NCBI GenBank assembly: GCA_016716605.1
Contig: JADJWA010000001.1
Location: forward strand, 2,805,684 to 2,869,683
Length of the DNA: 64,000 nt
Direction of reading: 5' to 3'
Source: Flavobacteriales bacterium
GTDB lineage: Bacteria; Bacteroidota; Bacteroidia; Flavobacteriales_F; PHOS-HE28
Position 1 is the first letter of the stretch; each line of letters opens with the position of its first letter. This document shows, piece after piece, positions 47,587 through 58,800 of the stretch. The position numbers and the translations under genes are program-made. The notes below the pieces were generated by a model. The model made no database searches. It saw nothing but the letters and a program-made list of their open reading frames with translations, and was not told the origin of the DNA.

Positions 47587-49613
47587 CGTTTCGCCCTGAG
47601 CAGGATGGTTTCAGCGGTGAGCATCAGCAAAGCGATGGCGATGAACCAGAGCCAAAGCTTGCGGGCTTGGCCAAGCTCGGCCAAACGTAGCGAAAGATCA
47701 TCGGCCTCGTCGAGTACGGAGAAGGTCCGGAGTCTGTGCTGCGCAATGGCCGAACGAAGCTCCTCGACCGAATAGGAGCCGGGGGCGCTCTCCGTGCGCG
47801 CGCGGTTCATGGCGAAGGCCTCGAGGGTATCGCCTTCGGCAGCCACCAGAGCGTAATGCCCGGTCGGCAATGCGCTATCGTGCAGGATGAGCGCAGTTCC
47901 CGCCATCGAGCGGCGCAGTTCCGGGATGGACTCCACGCCGTTCGGTCCCATGAGTCGAGGTGGCTTCTCACCGGTCAAGGCCAACCCGTTCACGGATAGG
48001 CTGACCTCCTCGCCGATAACGGCATAGGGTGGGGGTGATGGCCTTGATAGCTCAGCCATGCGCAACAAGGTGGTGGCGAACAGCGCATGGCGCATGAGAC
48101 TGCCGCTCCGTTCGCTCAAGGGCGCCGCGAACAGGTACACCGCGCCGAGGCCAGCAGGGATCCGCGTGAGGTAGGGCAGGCCATCGGTGGTGCGCAGCAG
48201 CACATCACTGCCGGCCGGTGGGCGCAGGGCCCATCGCTCGTGCTCCGTCGGTAGATCAACGTTGCGCGGCATGCTGAGGAACATGTCGCGGAAGAAGGGG
48301 TTGTCAAGGTCGATACGCTCAACTCGGGCCAGCCCCGTGTCGAGCCGGGAAGCGGTTGCACCGAAGGCGGCCAGCAGCGGCGCATATCCGCTGGGATCCC
48401 CGTCGCTGGGCGGGAACACGGCCACGCTGCCGCCGCTGCGGGCGAAACCCTCGAGTGCTTGCGCGGTGCCGCTTGCGATGCTGGGCAGCGCTATCAGCAA
48501 GGCCAGGTCGAGGCCCTCGAGGCCGGCCAGGTCGAATGCCCGATGATCGGACACGGTGACCGCATGCGCGCTATCGGTACCTAACGCCGCCGCAACCGCG
48601 CGATCCGCCTGGGCATCCCCACCGGAAAGGAGTGCGATCCGGATTCGGTCGATGGTGCGATAAGCGAGGTACAGCCGGTCATCGAAGGTCACGGGCTGGT
48701 CGGCGATCGCAACTTCGGCCCGATGCAGGCCGGCTGCGTCGTTCCGGAAGCGCAGCACGGTGTCCACGGAGGCGCCGGCGGCGGCATCGAGCGCCAGGAG
48801 GCCGCGTTGCTCGCCATCGATGTCCAATCTCATCGCCACATTGCTGCGTTCCGCAGCGCCGTGATTGGTGATCCTCACATGCAGTTCCTCCTGTTGGCCG
48901 TATCGCCTGATCGGTGTGCCGAACCACGCGGAGTCAAGGCTGACATTCGCGGCTTCGATCGAAGGAGTCGGGATGATCACCGTGTGCGCAGTGCTATCAT
49001 CTCGCCAATTCTCCGGGTCGGTGATGGAGCGCTGCAGGTCGGTGAAGGCAAAGGCGCGCTTATCGGTGGCATTCGATGTCGCGAGTGCTTCACGTTGCCT
49101 GGCGATAACCTTGGAGAGCGGCCGCGACCATGGGCCTGCATCGGCTTGTGCAGCGGCTAATAGCGCTTCATCCCGGCTGATGAGATTCTGTTGGCGGGCC
49201 TCGAAGCGGCCAGTGAGCACTTGGAACCGATCGGTGGCGCCATGGCTCATCACCAGGTCCTGGGCGGCCTTACGCGCTTGATCCAGCAGCCGGCCATTGG
49301 CGTTCTGCCCGTCCATGCTGAAGCTGTCATCGATGTACATCGAGACAGCCCTGTCTCCGGCCACGGCCCCGCTGCCGGGGATGTGCGGTTGCGCGAATGC
49401 GATCACAAGGGCGGCCAGGGCGATGCACCGGGCCAGCAGGACCAGCCAATGCTGCACTTTGCGCCGTGCCCGGGTCTGCTTTGTGACTTCTGCCAGCAAC
49501 CGCACATCCGGGAAGTCGATCCGCTTGAATCGGCGAAGCTGGAAAAGATGGATGAGGACCGGGATGAGCAAGGCGAGCAGCGCCCACAGGAATCCCGGAT
49601 GAACGAACGACAT
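47583..49613 (-). CDS. BatA-like N-terminal double-transmembrane domain protein
   Basis: MSFVHPGFLWALLALLIPVLIHLFQLRRFKRIDFPDVRLL matches the aerotolerance-regulator N-terminal domain. It has a large periplasmic body and a C-terminal TM. Confidence 0.6.
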   Translation of the reverse strand: MSFVHPGFLWALLALLIPVLIHLFQLRRFKRIDFPDVRLLAEVTKQTRARRKVQHWLVLLARCIALAALVIAFAQPHIPGSGAVAGDRAVSMYIDDSFSMDGQNANGRLLDQARKAAQDLVMSHGATDRFQVLTGRFEARQQNLISRDEALLAAAQADAGPWSRPLSKVIARQREALATSNATDKRAFAFTDLQRSITDPENWRDDSTAHTVIIPTPSIEAANVSLDSAWFGTPIRRYGQQEELHVRITNHGAAERSNVAMRLDIDGEQRGLLALDAAAGASVDTVLRFRNDAAGLHRAEVAIADQPVTFDDRLYLAYRTIDRIRIALLSGGDAQADRAVAAALGTDSAHAVTVSDHRAFDLAGLEGLDLALLIALPSIASGTAQALEGFARSGGSVAVFPPSDGDPSGYAPLLAAFGATASRLDTGLARVERIDLDNPFFRDMFLSMPRNVDLPTEHERWALRPPAGSDVLLRTTDGLPYLTRIPAGLGAVYLFAAPLSERSGSLMRHALFATTLLRMAELSRPSPPPYAVIGEEVSLSVNGLALTGEKPPRLMGPNGVESIPELRRSMAGTALILHDSALPTGHYALVAAEGDTLEAFAMNRARTESAPGSYSVEELRSAIAQHRLRTFSVLDEADDLSLRLAELGQARKLWLWFIAIALLMLTAETILLRAKR

Positions 49614-49644
49614 GGGCGGCGAATGTACCGCGCCACTTCCGCGA

Positions 49645-51870
49645 TCAGTGCTTGCGTGGTGCCCTTCGGCTGGCGCCGCTCAGCGCTTCACCCGGGTCAT
49701 GCGCGGATCCGGCTACGGTCATCCGGAACTCAACCCGGCGGTTGCGGGCACGGCCCTCCTCGGACTTATTGCTCATGATCGGCTGGTTCTTTCCATGCCC
49801 AACCGGGACCAAGCGCGCCGGTGCAACGCCCGCATCAACCAAGAAGTCCATCACGGACAACGCCCTGCTCTGCGAGAGTTCGAGGTTGTAACGGTGCCCG
49901 CCGATGTCATCGGTATGCGCTTCGATCACCAAGTGCAGCTCCGGGTGCTGGCGCATCAGGCCGAGAATCTGTTCCAGCACCTCAAGCGACTCATCCTCGA
50001 TGGCCGCGCTCTTGTAGGCGAAGTGGATCGCATTGGTGCGCAGCTTCCGATGATTGAGTTCCTCGAGTTTGGCGAGATCGAGCAAGCTCAGGTCGATGAG
50101 CTTCTCCTCCCGCAGCGCGAATACCTCCGCATCAAGGAACTGGAGCTCCTTCACCTTCTTGAACACCTGATAGAGATCCTCGGCGCTCTTGGTCTCGCCG
50201 ACGGAGTAGGTGTATAGGCCGGCCACCGGGTCGAAGCGCTCCACCACACGATAGAACTTCTTGATCTGCGTGAAGCGGGCATCATCCAGGTCGATCCGCT
50301 CCTTGCTGCTGAATAATTGCACGCTGAACACGGCATCGGTGAGCGACTCGCCGCTCAGGCTGACATCATCGAAGGGCAGCTCCTGGTACTCGAAGGTGTG
50401 GGTCTTGCCGAAGGCGTCCTGGTACTCGGCCACAACGGCAAGGTCCTCGTGGTCCTTGAAACGGTCGAGGACCACCACGCTGCGGCTGTTGCAGCGATTG
50501 TTGATCGTGCCATCCGCCTCCGGCTCCCCGATGACATCCAGCCGGATCTGGTAGGTGCCCGGTTGCTTGAATGCATGGATCACGCGGAGGCCCTCCGCGT
50601 ATGAGCCATCGCCAAGGTCCCAATGGTACTCTGCGGGCCGGATGCCCGGCAGGTAGCTCAGCGCGCCGTTCAACTCCACGCGCCGGCCCGTGCGGACCGT
50701 GTCCTGCACAGCGGCCCAGGCTTGCTGCATATCCGCGACCTCCAGAGCCTGCTCGCCCAATTCATGGAACACAGTGCCGGTCTTCCTGTCAACCAGGATC
50801 GAACGGACCACGTATCGCCCAGGCTTGCTGTAGCAGTGCTGCGCTAGATAGCCTTTGATGCGGGTGCCGTCGCCCATGTCCCAGAAATGGTCAACGGGGA
50901 TGGATGAGGTGGCGGCGTGAGGGCGTTTGCGCAGGGTGTAGCAATAGTTGTTGCGCTTCTGCTCGGAGCAATCGCGGAATTTCGGGACCGTGCGTTTCAC
51001 GTGGTAGATCGCATCCGCGCCACTGCGGTCGGAACTGATCATTGCCTGGTATGCATCTGGCAGCAGATGGTAGCCGTGCTCGTTGCGTTCGCTATTGACC
51101 GGCGTCGGCATGGACTGAGGCGCGTCCCAGCCCGCACCCTTGGGCTGTGCGGCGTAGATGTCCAGGCCGCCCAGGCCGCCGAGCCTGTTGCTGGAGAAAT
51201 GAAGCGTTCCATCGGCTTGGAGCCTTGGATAGACCTCATCCATCTGCGTGTTCAGCTCAGGTCCGAGGTTCTGTGGTGCGCTCCAGCCTAGTGCGGTTCG
51301 TTCGCAACGATATAGATCCATGCCGCCATAGCCGCCCGGCCGGTCGCTGGCGAACACGAGGGTCCGGCCATCTGCGGAGAAGGCCGGGTGCATGTTGGAC
51401 GACTTAGGCTCATTGAATGGGAAGGGCTCCGGCATCGTCCACGCCTCGTTCTCTAGATGCGAGAAGAACAGGCCCAGCTGGCCGTTCGCCGCGCGCATGT
51501 TCGAGAGCTTCTTCGGGAGCACCTGATTGCGGGTGAAGCAGATGGTTCGCCCGGCATCCGTGAAGCTGGCGGGGCCTTCATTCACCGGTGTGCTCAGATT
51601 CTGGCTGAAGAGCACGGGAGCGCCGGCCTTGCCCGATTCGAGCGGCACGTAGTACAGGTCGCTCAAGGGCTTGCCGGACTCGGCATCCACGAAGCCCACG
51701 AACGCCGCGTTGTCACGGACGCTGCACATCACGAAACCGCTATCGAGGATCACGGGTGCATAATCCTCACCTGCCGGGCTGATGGCCAGCGGGCTCACCT
51801 CGTAGATGAGCTGCCCGCTCAGCGGCAGGCCGGCGCTGAGGGCGAAGAGGAGTGGAAGAGCGCTCTTCAT
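49645..51870 (-). CDS. OmpA-family protein with PD40 beta-propeller and PKD-like domains
   Basis: C-terminal OmpA domain (VIEAHTDDIGGHRYNLELSQSRALSV...RNRRVEF), WD40-like PD40 repeats, and a signal peptide. Confidence 0.8.
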   Translation of the reverse strand: MKSALPLLFALSAGLPLSGQLIYEVSPLAISPAGEDYAPVILDSGFVMCSVRDNAAFVGFVDAESGKPLSDLYYVPLESGKAGAPVLFSQNLSTPVNEGPASFTDAGRTICFTRNQVLPKKLSNMRAANGQLGLFFSHLENEAWTMPEPFPFNEPKSSNMHPAFSADGRTLVFASDRPGGYGGMDLYRCERTALGWSAPQNLGPELNTQMDEVYPRLQADGTLHFSSNRLGGLGGLDIYAAQPKGAGWDAPQSMPTPVNSERNEHGYHLLPDAYQAMISSDRSGADAIYHVKRTVPKFRDCSEQKRNNYCYTLRKRPHAATSSIPVDHFWDMGDGTRIKGYLAQHCYSKPGRYVVRSILVDRKTGTVFHELGEQALEVADMQQAWAAVQDTVRTGRRVELNGALSYLPGIRPAEYHWDLGDGSYAEGLRVIHAFKQPGTYQIRLDVIGEPEADGTINNRCNSRSVVVLDRFKDHEDLAVVAEYQDAFGKTHTFEYQELPFDDVSLSGESLTDAVFSVQLFSSKERIDLDDARFTQIKKFYRVVERFDPVAGLYTYSVGETKSAEDLYQVFKKVKELQFLDAEVFALREEKLIDLSLLDLAKLEELNHRKLRTNAIHFAYKSAAIEDESLEVLEQILGLMRQHPELHLVIEAHTDDIGGHRYNLELSQSRALSVMDFLVDAGVAPARLVPVGHGKNQPIMSNKSEEGRARNRRVEFRMTVAGSAHDPGEALSGASRRAPRKH

Positions 51871-51873
51871 GGG

Positions 51874-52800
51874 TCAGAAGTACCGCGGGTCCCTTACCCG
51901 GATGCGGTAGCCGAATTCGTATTGCACCAAGAGCTCATGCGAGCCGTGGTGATGCGGGTTGATCCTGGAGAAGCCGGCGTCGTATGAATAGCCAATCCGC
52001 CATTGCGGTGTGGGCAGCACCTCCACCATGCCGATGATGGCATCGCCGGTGCGAACCGATGCGCCAAGCCACAATTTGTCCTTGTAGATGAGATTGCCGC
52101 TCACATCGCCCTGCAGGCCACTGGCAAGCCGGTAACGGAGAAGCGAAGTGGGCTTCAGCTTGAATTCATCGTTCAAGGTGAACACGTAGCCGCCGGTGAC
52201 CATGGGCTCCAGGTCCACGCGCTCATCAGACAGCCGGTAGGTCCTGTTCAGCACGTCGTAGCGGTGCGCAAGGAGGAAGGGCACCGATGCGCCCACGTAC
52301 CCTGTCTTGGTCTGATACAGGACACCGGCGCTGAAATTCGGTCGGGCCGCTCCTCTCGAATCGCCCGCGAAGCTCGGATCGTTGCCATCGACGATGGCCA
52401 CTTGCGTCCATTGGGCGCGATAAAGGCTGAGGCCGGCTCCGATCCCGAAGGCGAGCTTGGCCTTCTTAGGCATCTTGATCCGGTAGGCATAGTTGGCCAG
52501 CAGGCCGGTCTCGTTGCTCACGCCGATGCGATCGTTGAAGACCATCAGCCCCAAGCCGACCTTGCTCCTGCGCACAGGTGCATGCACGGCGATGTTCTGG
52601 GTGATGGGCGCTCCATCGAAACCGACCCATTGCTGCCGGTGCGTGAGCGTGGCGCTAAGAACGTCGCGGCTTCCGGCATAAGCCGGATTGATGGCCAGGC
52701 CATTGAACAGGTATTGGCTCGTGAGTGGCGTGTGCTGGGACATGCAATCGACCGCGAGGGCCGCTGCCACGGAAGCAAGAAAGGGCAGTTGGAACCTCAC
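51874..52800 (-). CDS. type IX secretion system membrane protein PorP/SprF family
   Basis: QYLFNGLAINPAYAGSRDVLSATLTHRQQW is the PorP/SprF signature. It has a beta-barrel-like C-terminus and sits immediately downstream of the CHU_C adhesin. Confidence 0.8.
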   Translation of the reverse strand: MRFQLPFLASVAAALAVDCMSQHTPLTSQYLFNGLAINPAYAGSRDVLSATLTHRQQWVGFDGAPITQNIAVHAPVRRSKVGLGLMVFNDRIGVSNETGLLANYAYRIKMPKKAKLAFGIGAGLSLYRAQWTQVAIVDGNDPSFAGDSRGAARPNFSAGVLYQTKTGYVGASVPFLLAHRYDVLNRTYRLSDERVDLEPMVTGGYVFTLNDEFKLKPTSLLRYRLASGLQGDVSGNLIYKDKLWLGASVRTGDAIIGMVEVLPTPQWRIGYSYDAGFSRINPHHHGSHELLVQYEFGYRIRVRDPRYF

Positions 52801-55800
52801 CGTTTGATGATGACGGGGCCGTTGTACGTGCGTTGGCCACTTAGGTTAAGGACGTAGAAATAGGTGTCATCCGGCAGGGATTGGCCATTGCGCGAGCGGC
52901 CATCCCACTCGTTCGCATAGGCGTCGGCCTCAAAGACCAGTTTGCCCCAACGGTTGAAGACTTGCAATGCACTGTTCGGATAGGCTTCGATGCCCCGGAT
53001 CTCCCATCGGTCATTCGAGCCGTCACCGTTCGGGCTGTAGCCTTCCGGGATGAAGAGGTCATCGACATGCAGCAGCACGGTGTCGCTGACTGACGCACAT
53101 TGATTGATGCTGGCTGTGAGCACGATGAGGTTATCACCCAAGCCGAGCCCGGCGATGGCGGTTGAACTGTCATTGGGCTCCTCGATGCTGCCAGATCCGC
53201 TCAGCACCCACCAGCTGAGGTTGGCGCCTGCGGTAGCGCTGCCCAAGAGCCAAGTGTGATCAACTACGGCCAGGTACTGATCCTCGCCCGCATCAACGCT
53301 GAGGCCAGGCGCCGGATCAATGAAGCTGACAAGTGCGGTATCCGATGCGCTGCAAGCCCCGTTGGTCACGGTCCAGACCAAGGCATAGGTCCCGTATAGG
53401 GCTGCACCGATCTCAATGGCGGGCGTGTTCAGGCCAGTGTATGGGGTGATTCCCGCTGGAAGCGACCAGCTGCCGTTCGCGCTTACGGCCGACATCGAGG
53501 CGCGGAGCCCGCAAGCACTCACATCCGGCCCGGCATTGGCCACTGGCGGTTCGAGTACCATGATGGATTGGGCCGATTCCGAGGTGCATGAACCGATTGA
53601 TACCGAATACGTGACCTGAACCGCGCCTGACAGGCCACTTGGATCGAATACGCCATTGCTCACGCCGGTGCCGAGCCATGATCCACCAGGCGTGCCGGTG
53701 ACCAGTGCGTTGAGGTCGAGTGTGGCGCCGGTGCTGCAGAGTGCTGCTGGGAGTGACCAGCTCGCATCAGCGTCGGCAGCGATGGTGATGGATTGGCTCT
53801 CTGCTGCAGGGCAGTTGCCACCTATGGCATAGGAGATCTGATAGGTGCCCGGTGCACTGTTGCCGATATTGATGGTCCCGCTCGACGCGTCAATCACCAA
53901 ACCGGACGGGAATGCAGTGAACCCTCCGCTTGGCTGTGCGACCCACGGGGTTGCGGAGGGGTCGCCATGGCAGTAGGAGCTTTGCGCGTAGGCGAAGGAG
54001 GCGTCGCCCGCTGCGTTGAAGGTGATGGACACCGTGTCGATACCGATGCAAGAGCCGACGGTCACGGTCCAATACAGGTCGTAGCTGCCTGGCTGAGCGG
54101 CCACGACAACCGTTTGCGCCGCCGATGAATCCAAGAACGTGACATTCGCAGGCCCTGTCCATATACCAAGGCCAGTCGCTTGCATGGTGGCGGTGAGCCC
54201 GCAGATTGTTTGATCGGGGCCAGCTTCGCTAACGCAATCGATCAGCTGTCCAGCGCAGGAGCAATCAGCTCCAAACACATCGTTGCCTGTGGTGGGATCG
54301 CCGTCATCGCAAGGCGTGCCGGGCAGCGCCGATCCGCCGGGGACGTTGGTGCAATCGATCAGCACACCGACGCAGTTGCAGTTGAGGTCGTAGGCATCGT
54401 TGCCGGTGGTGGGATCGCCGTCATCGCAGGGCGTTCCGGGCAGCGCTGCGCCTCCGGGGACGTTGGTGCAATCGATCAGCTGTCCAGCGCAGGAGCAATC
54501 CGCGCCATACACGTCGTTGCCGGTGGTGGGATCGCCGTCATCGCAGGGCGTTCCGGGAAGCGCTGCGCCTCCGGGGACGTTGGTGCAATCGATCAGCTGT
54601 CCTGCGCAAGAGCAATCCGCGCCATACACGTCGTTGCCGGTGGTGGGATCGCCGTCATCGCAGGGCGTTCCGGGAAGCGCTGCGCCTCCGGGGACGTTGG
54701 TGCAATCGATCAGCTGTCCTGCGCAGGTGCAATCCGCGCCGTACACGTCGTTGCCCGTGGTGGGATCGCCGTCATCGCAGGGCGTTCCGGGCAGTGCCGA
54801 TCCGCCGGGGACGTTGGCGCAATCGATCAGCTGTCCAGCGCAGGAGCAATCCGCGCCGTACACATCGTTGCCGGTGGCGGGATCGCCGTCATCGCAGGGC
54901 GTTCCGGGAAGCGCTGCGCCTCCGGGGACGTTGGTGCAATCGATCAGCTGTCCAGCGCAGGAGCAATCAGCTCCAAACACATCGTTGCCTGTGGCGGGAT
55001 CGCCGTCATCGCAAGGCGTGCCGGGCAGTGCCGATCCGCCGGGGACGTTGGTGCAATCGATCAGCACACCGACGCAGTTGCAGTTGAGGTCGTAGGCGTC
55101 GTTGCCCGTGGTGGGGTCGCCGTCGTCACAGGGTGTTCCAGGCAGTGCCGATCCGCCGGGGACGTTGGCGCAATCGATCAGCTGTCCAGTGCAGGAGCAA
55201 TCAGCTCCAAACACATCGTTGCCTGTGGTGGGATCGCCGTCATCGCAAGGCGTGCCGGGCAGTGCCGATCCGCCGGGCACGTTCTCACAATCGAACAGCA
55301 GGCCGACGCAGTTGCAGTTGAGGTCGTAGGCATCGTTGCCCGTGGTGGGATCGCCGTCATCGCAGGGCGTTCCGGGCAGTGCCGATCCGCCGGGGACGTT
55401 GGCGCAATCGATCAGCTGTCCAGCGCAGGAGCAATCCGCGCCGTACACATCGTTGCCGGTGGCGGGATCGCCGTCATCGCAGGGCGTTCCGGGAAGCGCT
55501 GCGCCTCCGGGGACGTTGGTGCAATCGATCAGCTGTCCAGCGCAGGAGCAATCAGCTCCAAACACATCGTTGCCTGTGGCGGGATCGCCGTCATCGCAAG
55601 GCGTGCCGGGCAGTGCCGATCCGCCGGGGACGTTGGTGCAATCGATCAGCTGTCCTGCGCAAGAGCAATCCGCGCCGTACACATCGTTGCCGGTGGTGGG
55701 ATCGCCGTCATCGCAAGGCGTGCCGGGCAGTGCCGATCCGCCGGGGACGTTGGTGCAATCGATCAGCTGTCCTGCGCAAGAGCAATCCGCGCCGTACACA

Positions 55801-58800
55801 TCGTTGCCGGTGGTGGGATCGCTGTCATCGCAAGGCGTACCGGGCAGTGCCGATCCGCCGGGCACGTTCTCACAATCGAACAGCAGGCCGACGCAGTTGC
55901 AGTTGAGGTCGTAGGCATCGTTGCCCGTGGTGGGATCGCCGTCATCGCAGGGCGTTCCGGGAAGCGCTGCGCCTCCGGGGACGTTGGTGCAATCGATCAG
56001 CTGTCCTGCGCAAGAGCAATCCGCGCCATACACGTCGTTGCCGGTGGTGGGATCGCCGTCATCGCAGGGCGTTCCGGGCAGCGCCGAGCCGCCGGGGACG
56101 TTGGTGCAATCGATCAGCTGTCCAGCGCAGGAGCAATCCGCGCCGTACACATCGTTGCCGGTGGTGGGATCGCTGTCATCGCAGGGCGTTCCGGGCAGTG
56201 CCGATCCGCCGGGGACGTTGGTGCAATCGATCAGCTGTCCTGCGCAGGTGCAATCCGCGCCGTACACATCGTTGCCGGTGGCGGGATCGCCGTCATCGCA
56301 GGGCGTTCCGGGAAGCGCTGCGCCTCCGGGGACGTTGGTGCAATCGATCAGCTGTCCAGCGCAGGAGCAATCAGCTCCAAACACATCGTTGCCTGTGGTG
56401 GGATCGCCGTCATCGCAAGGCGTGCCGGGCAGTGCCGATCCGCCGGGGACGTTGGCGCAATCGATCAGCACACCGACGCAGTTGCAGTTGAGGTCGTAGG
56501 CATCGTTGCCCGTGGCGGGATCGCCGTCATCACAGGGCGTTCCGGGCAGCGCCGATCCGCCGGGGACGTTGGTGCAATCGATCAGCACACCGACGCAGTT
56601 GCAGTTGAGGTCGTAGGCATCGTTGCCGGTGGTGGGATCGCCGTCATCGCAGGGCGTTCCGGGCAGCGCTGCGCCTCCGGGGACGTTGGTGCAATCGATC
56701 AGCTGTCCAGCGCAGGAGCAATCAGCTCCAAACACATCGTTGCCTGTGGTGGGATCGCCGTCATCGCAAGGCGTGCCGGGCAGTGCCGATCCGCCGGGGA
56801 CGTTGGCGCAATCGATCAGCACACCGACGCAGTTGCAGTTGAGGTCGTAGGCATCGTTGCCCGTGGCGGATCGCCGTCATCACAGGGCGTTCCGGGCAGC
56901 GCCGATCCGCCGGGGACGTTGGTGCAATCGATCCAGCACACCGACGCAGTTGCAGTTGAGGTCGTAGGCATCGTTGCCGGTGGTGGGATCGCCGTCATCG
57001 CAGGGCGTTCCGGGCAGCGCTGCGCCTCCGGGGACGTTGGTGCAATCGATCAGCTGTCCAGCGCAGGAGCAATCCGCGCCATACACGTCGTTGCCGGTGG
57101 TGGGATCGCCGTCATCGCAGGGCGTTCCGGGAAGCGCTGCGCCTCCGGGGACGTTGGTGCAATCGATCAGCTGTCCTGCGCAAGAGCAATCCGCGCCGTA
57201 CACATCGTTGCCGGTGGCGGGATCGCCGTCATCGCAGGGCGTTCCGGGAAGCGCTGCGCCTCCGGGGACGTTGGTGCAATCGATCAGCTGTCCAGCGCAG
57301 GAGCAATCAGCTCCAAACACATCGTTGCCTGTGGCGGGATCGCCGTCATCGCAAGGCGTGCCGGGCAGTGCCGATCCGCCGGGGACGTTGGTGCAATCGA
57401 TCAGCTGTCCTGCGCAAGAGCAATCCGCGCCGTACACATCGTTGCCGGTGGTGGGATCGCCGTCATCGCAAGGCGTGCCGGGCAGTGCCGATCCGCCGGG
57501 GACGTTGGTGCAATCGATCAGCTGTCCTGCGCAAGAGCAATCCGCGCCGTACACATCGTTGCCGGTGGTGGGATCGCTGTCATCGCAAGGCGTACCGGGC
57601 AGTGCCGATCCGCCGGGCACGTTCTCACAATCGAACAGCAGGCCGACGCAGTTGCAGTTGAGGTCGTAGGCATCGTTGCCCGTGGTGGGATCGCCGTCAT
57701 CGCAGGGCGTTCCGGGAAGCGCCGAGCCGCCGGGCACGTTCTCACAATCGAACAGCAGGCCGACGCAGTTGCAGTTGAGGTCGTAGGCATCGTTGCCGGT
57801 GGTGGGATCGCCGTCATCGCAGGGCGTTCCGGGAAGCGCTGCGCCTCCGGGGACGTTGGTGCAATCGATCAGCTGTCCTGCGCAAGAGCAATCCGCGCCA
57901 TACACGTCGTTGCCGGTGGTGGGATCGCCGTCATCGCAGGGCGTTCCGGGCAGCGCCGAGCCGCCGGGGACGTTGGTGCAATCGATCAGCACACCGACGC
58001 AGTTGCAGTTGAGGTCGTAGGCGTCGTTGCCGGTGGTGGGATCGCCGTCATCGCAGGGCGTTCCGGGAAGCGCCGAGCCGCCGGGCACGTTCTCACAATC
58101 GAACAGCAGGCCGACGCAGTTGCAGTTGAGGTCGTAGGCATCGTTGCCGGTGGTGGGATCGCCGTCATCGCAGGGCGTTCCGGGCAGCGCCGAGCCGCCG
58201 GGGACGTTGGTGCAATCGATCAGCTGTCCTGCGCAGGTGCAATCCGCGCCGTACACATCGTTGCCGGTGGTGGGATCGCTGTCATCGCAGGGCGTTCCGG
58301 GCAGTGCCGATCCGCCGGGGACGTTGGTGCAATCGATCAGCTGTCCTGCGCAGGTGCAATCCGCGCCATACACGTCGTTGCCTGTGGTGGGATCGCCGTC
58401 ATCGCAAGGCGTGCCGGGCAGTGCCGATCCGCCGGGGACGTTGGTGCAATCGATCAGCTGTCCTGCGCAGGTGCAATCCGCGCCGTACACGTCGTTGCCC
58501 GTGGTGGGATCGCCGTCATCGCAGGGCGTTCCGGGCAGTGCCGATCCGCCGGGGACGTTGGCGCAATCGATCAGCTGTCCAGCGCAGGAGCAATCCGCGC
58601 CGTACACATCGTTGCCGGTGGCGGGATCGCCGTCATCGCAGGGCGTTCCGGGAAGCGCTGCGCCTCCGGGGACGTTGGTGCAATCGATCAGCTGTCCTGC
58701 GCAAGAGCAATCCGCGCCGTACACATCGTTGCCGGTGGTGGGATCGCCGTCATCGCAAGGCGTGCCGGGCAGTGCCGATCCGCCGGGGACGTTGGTGCAA

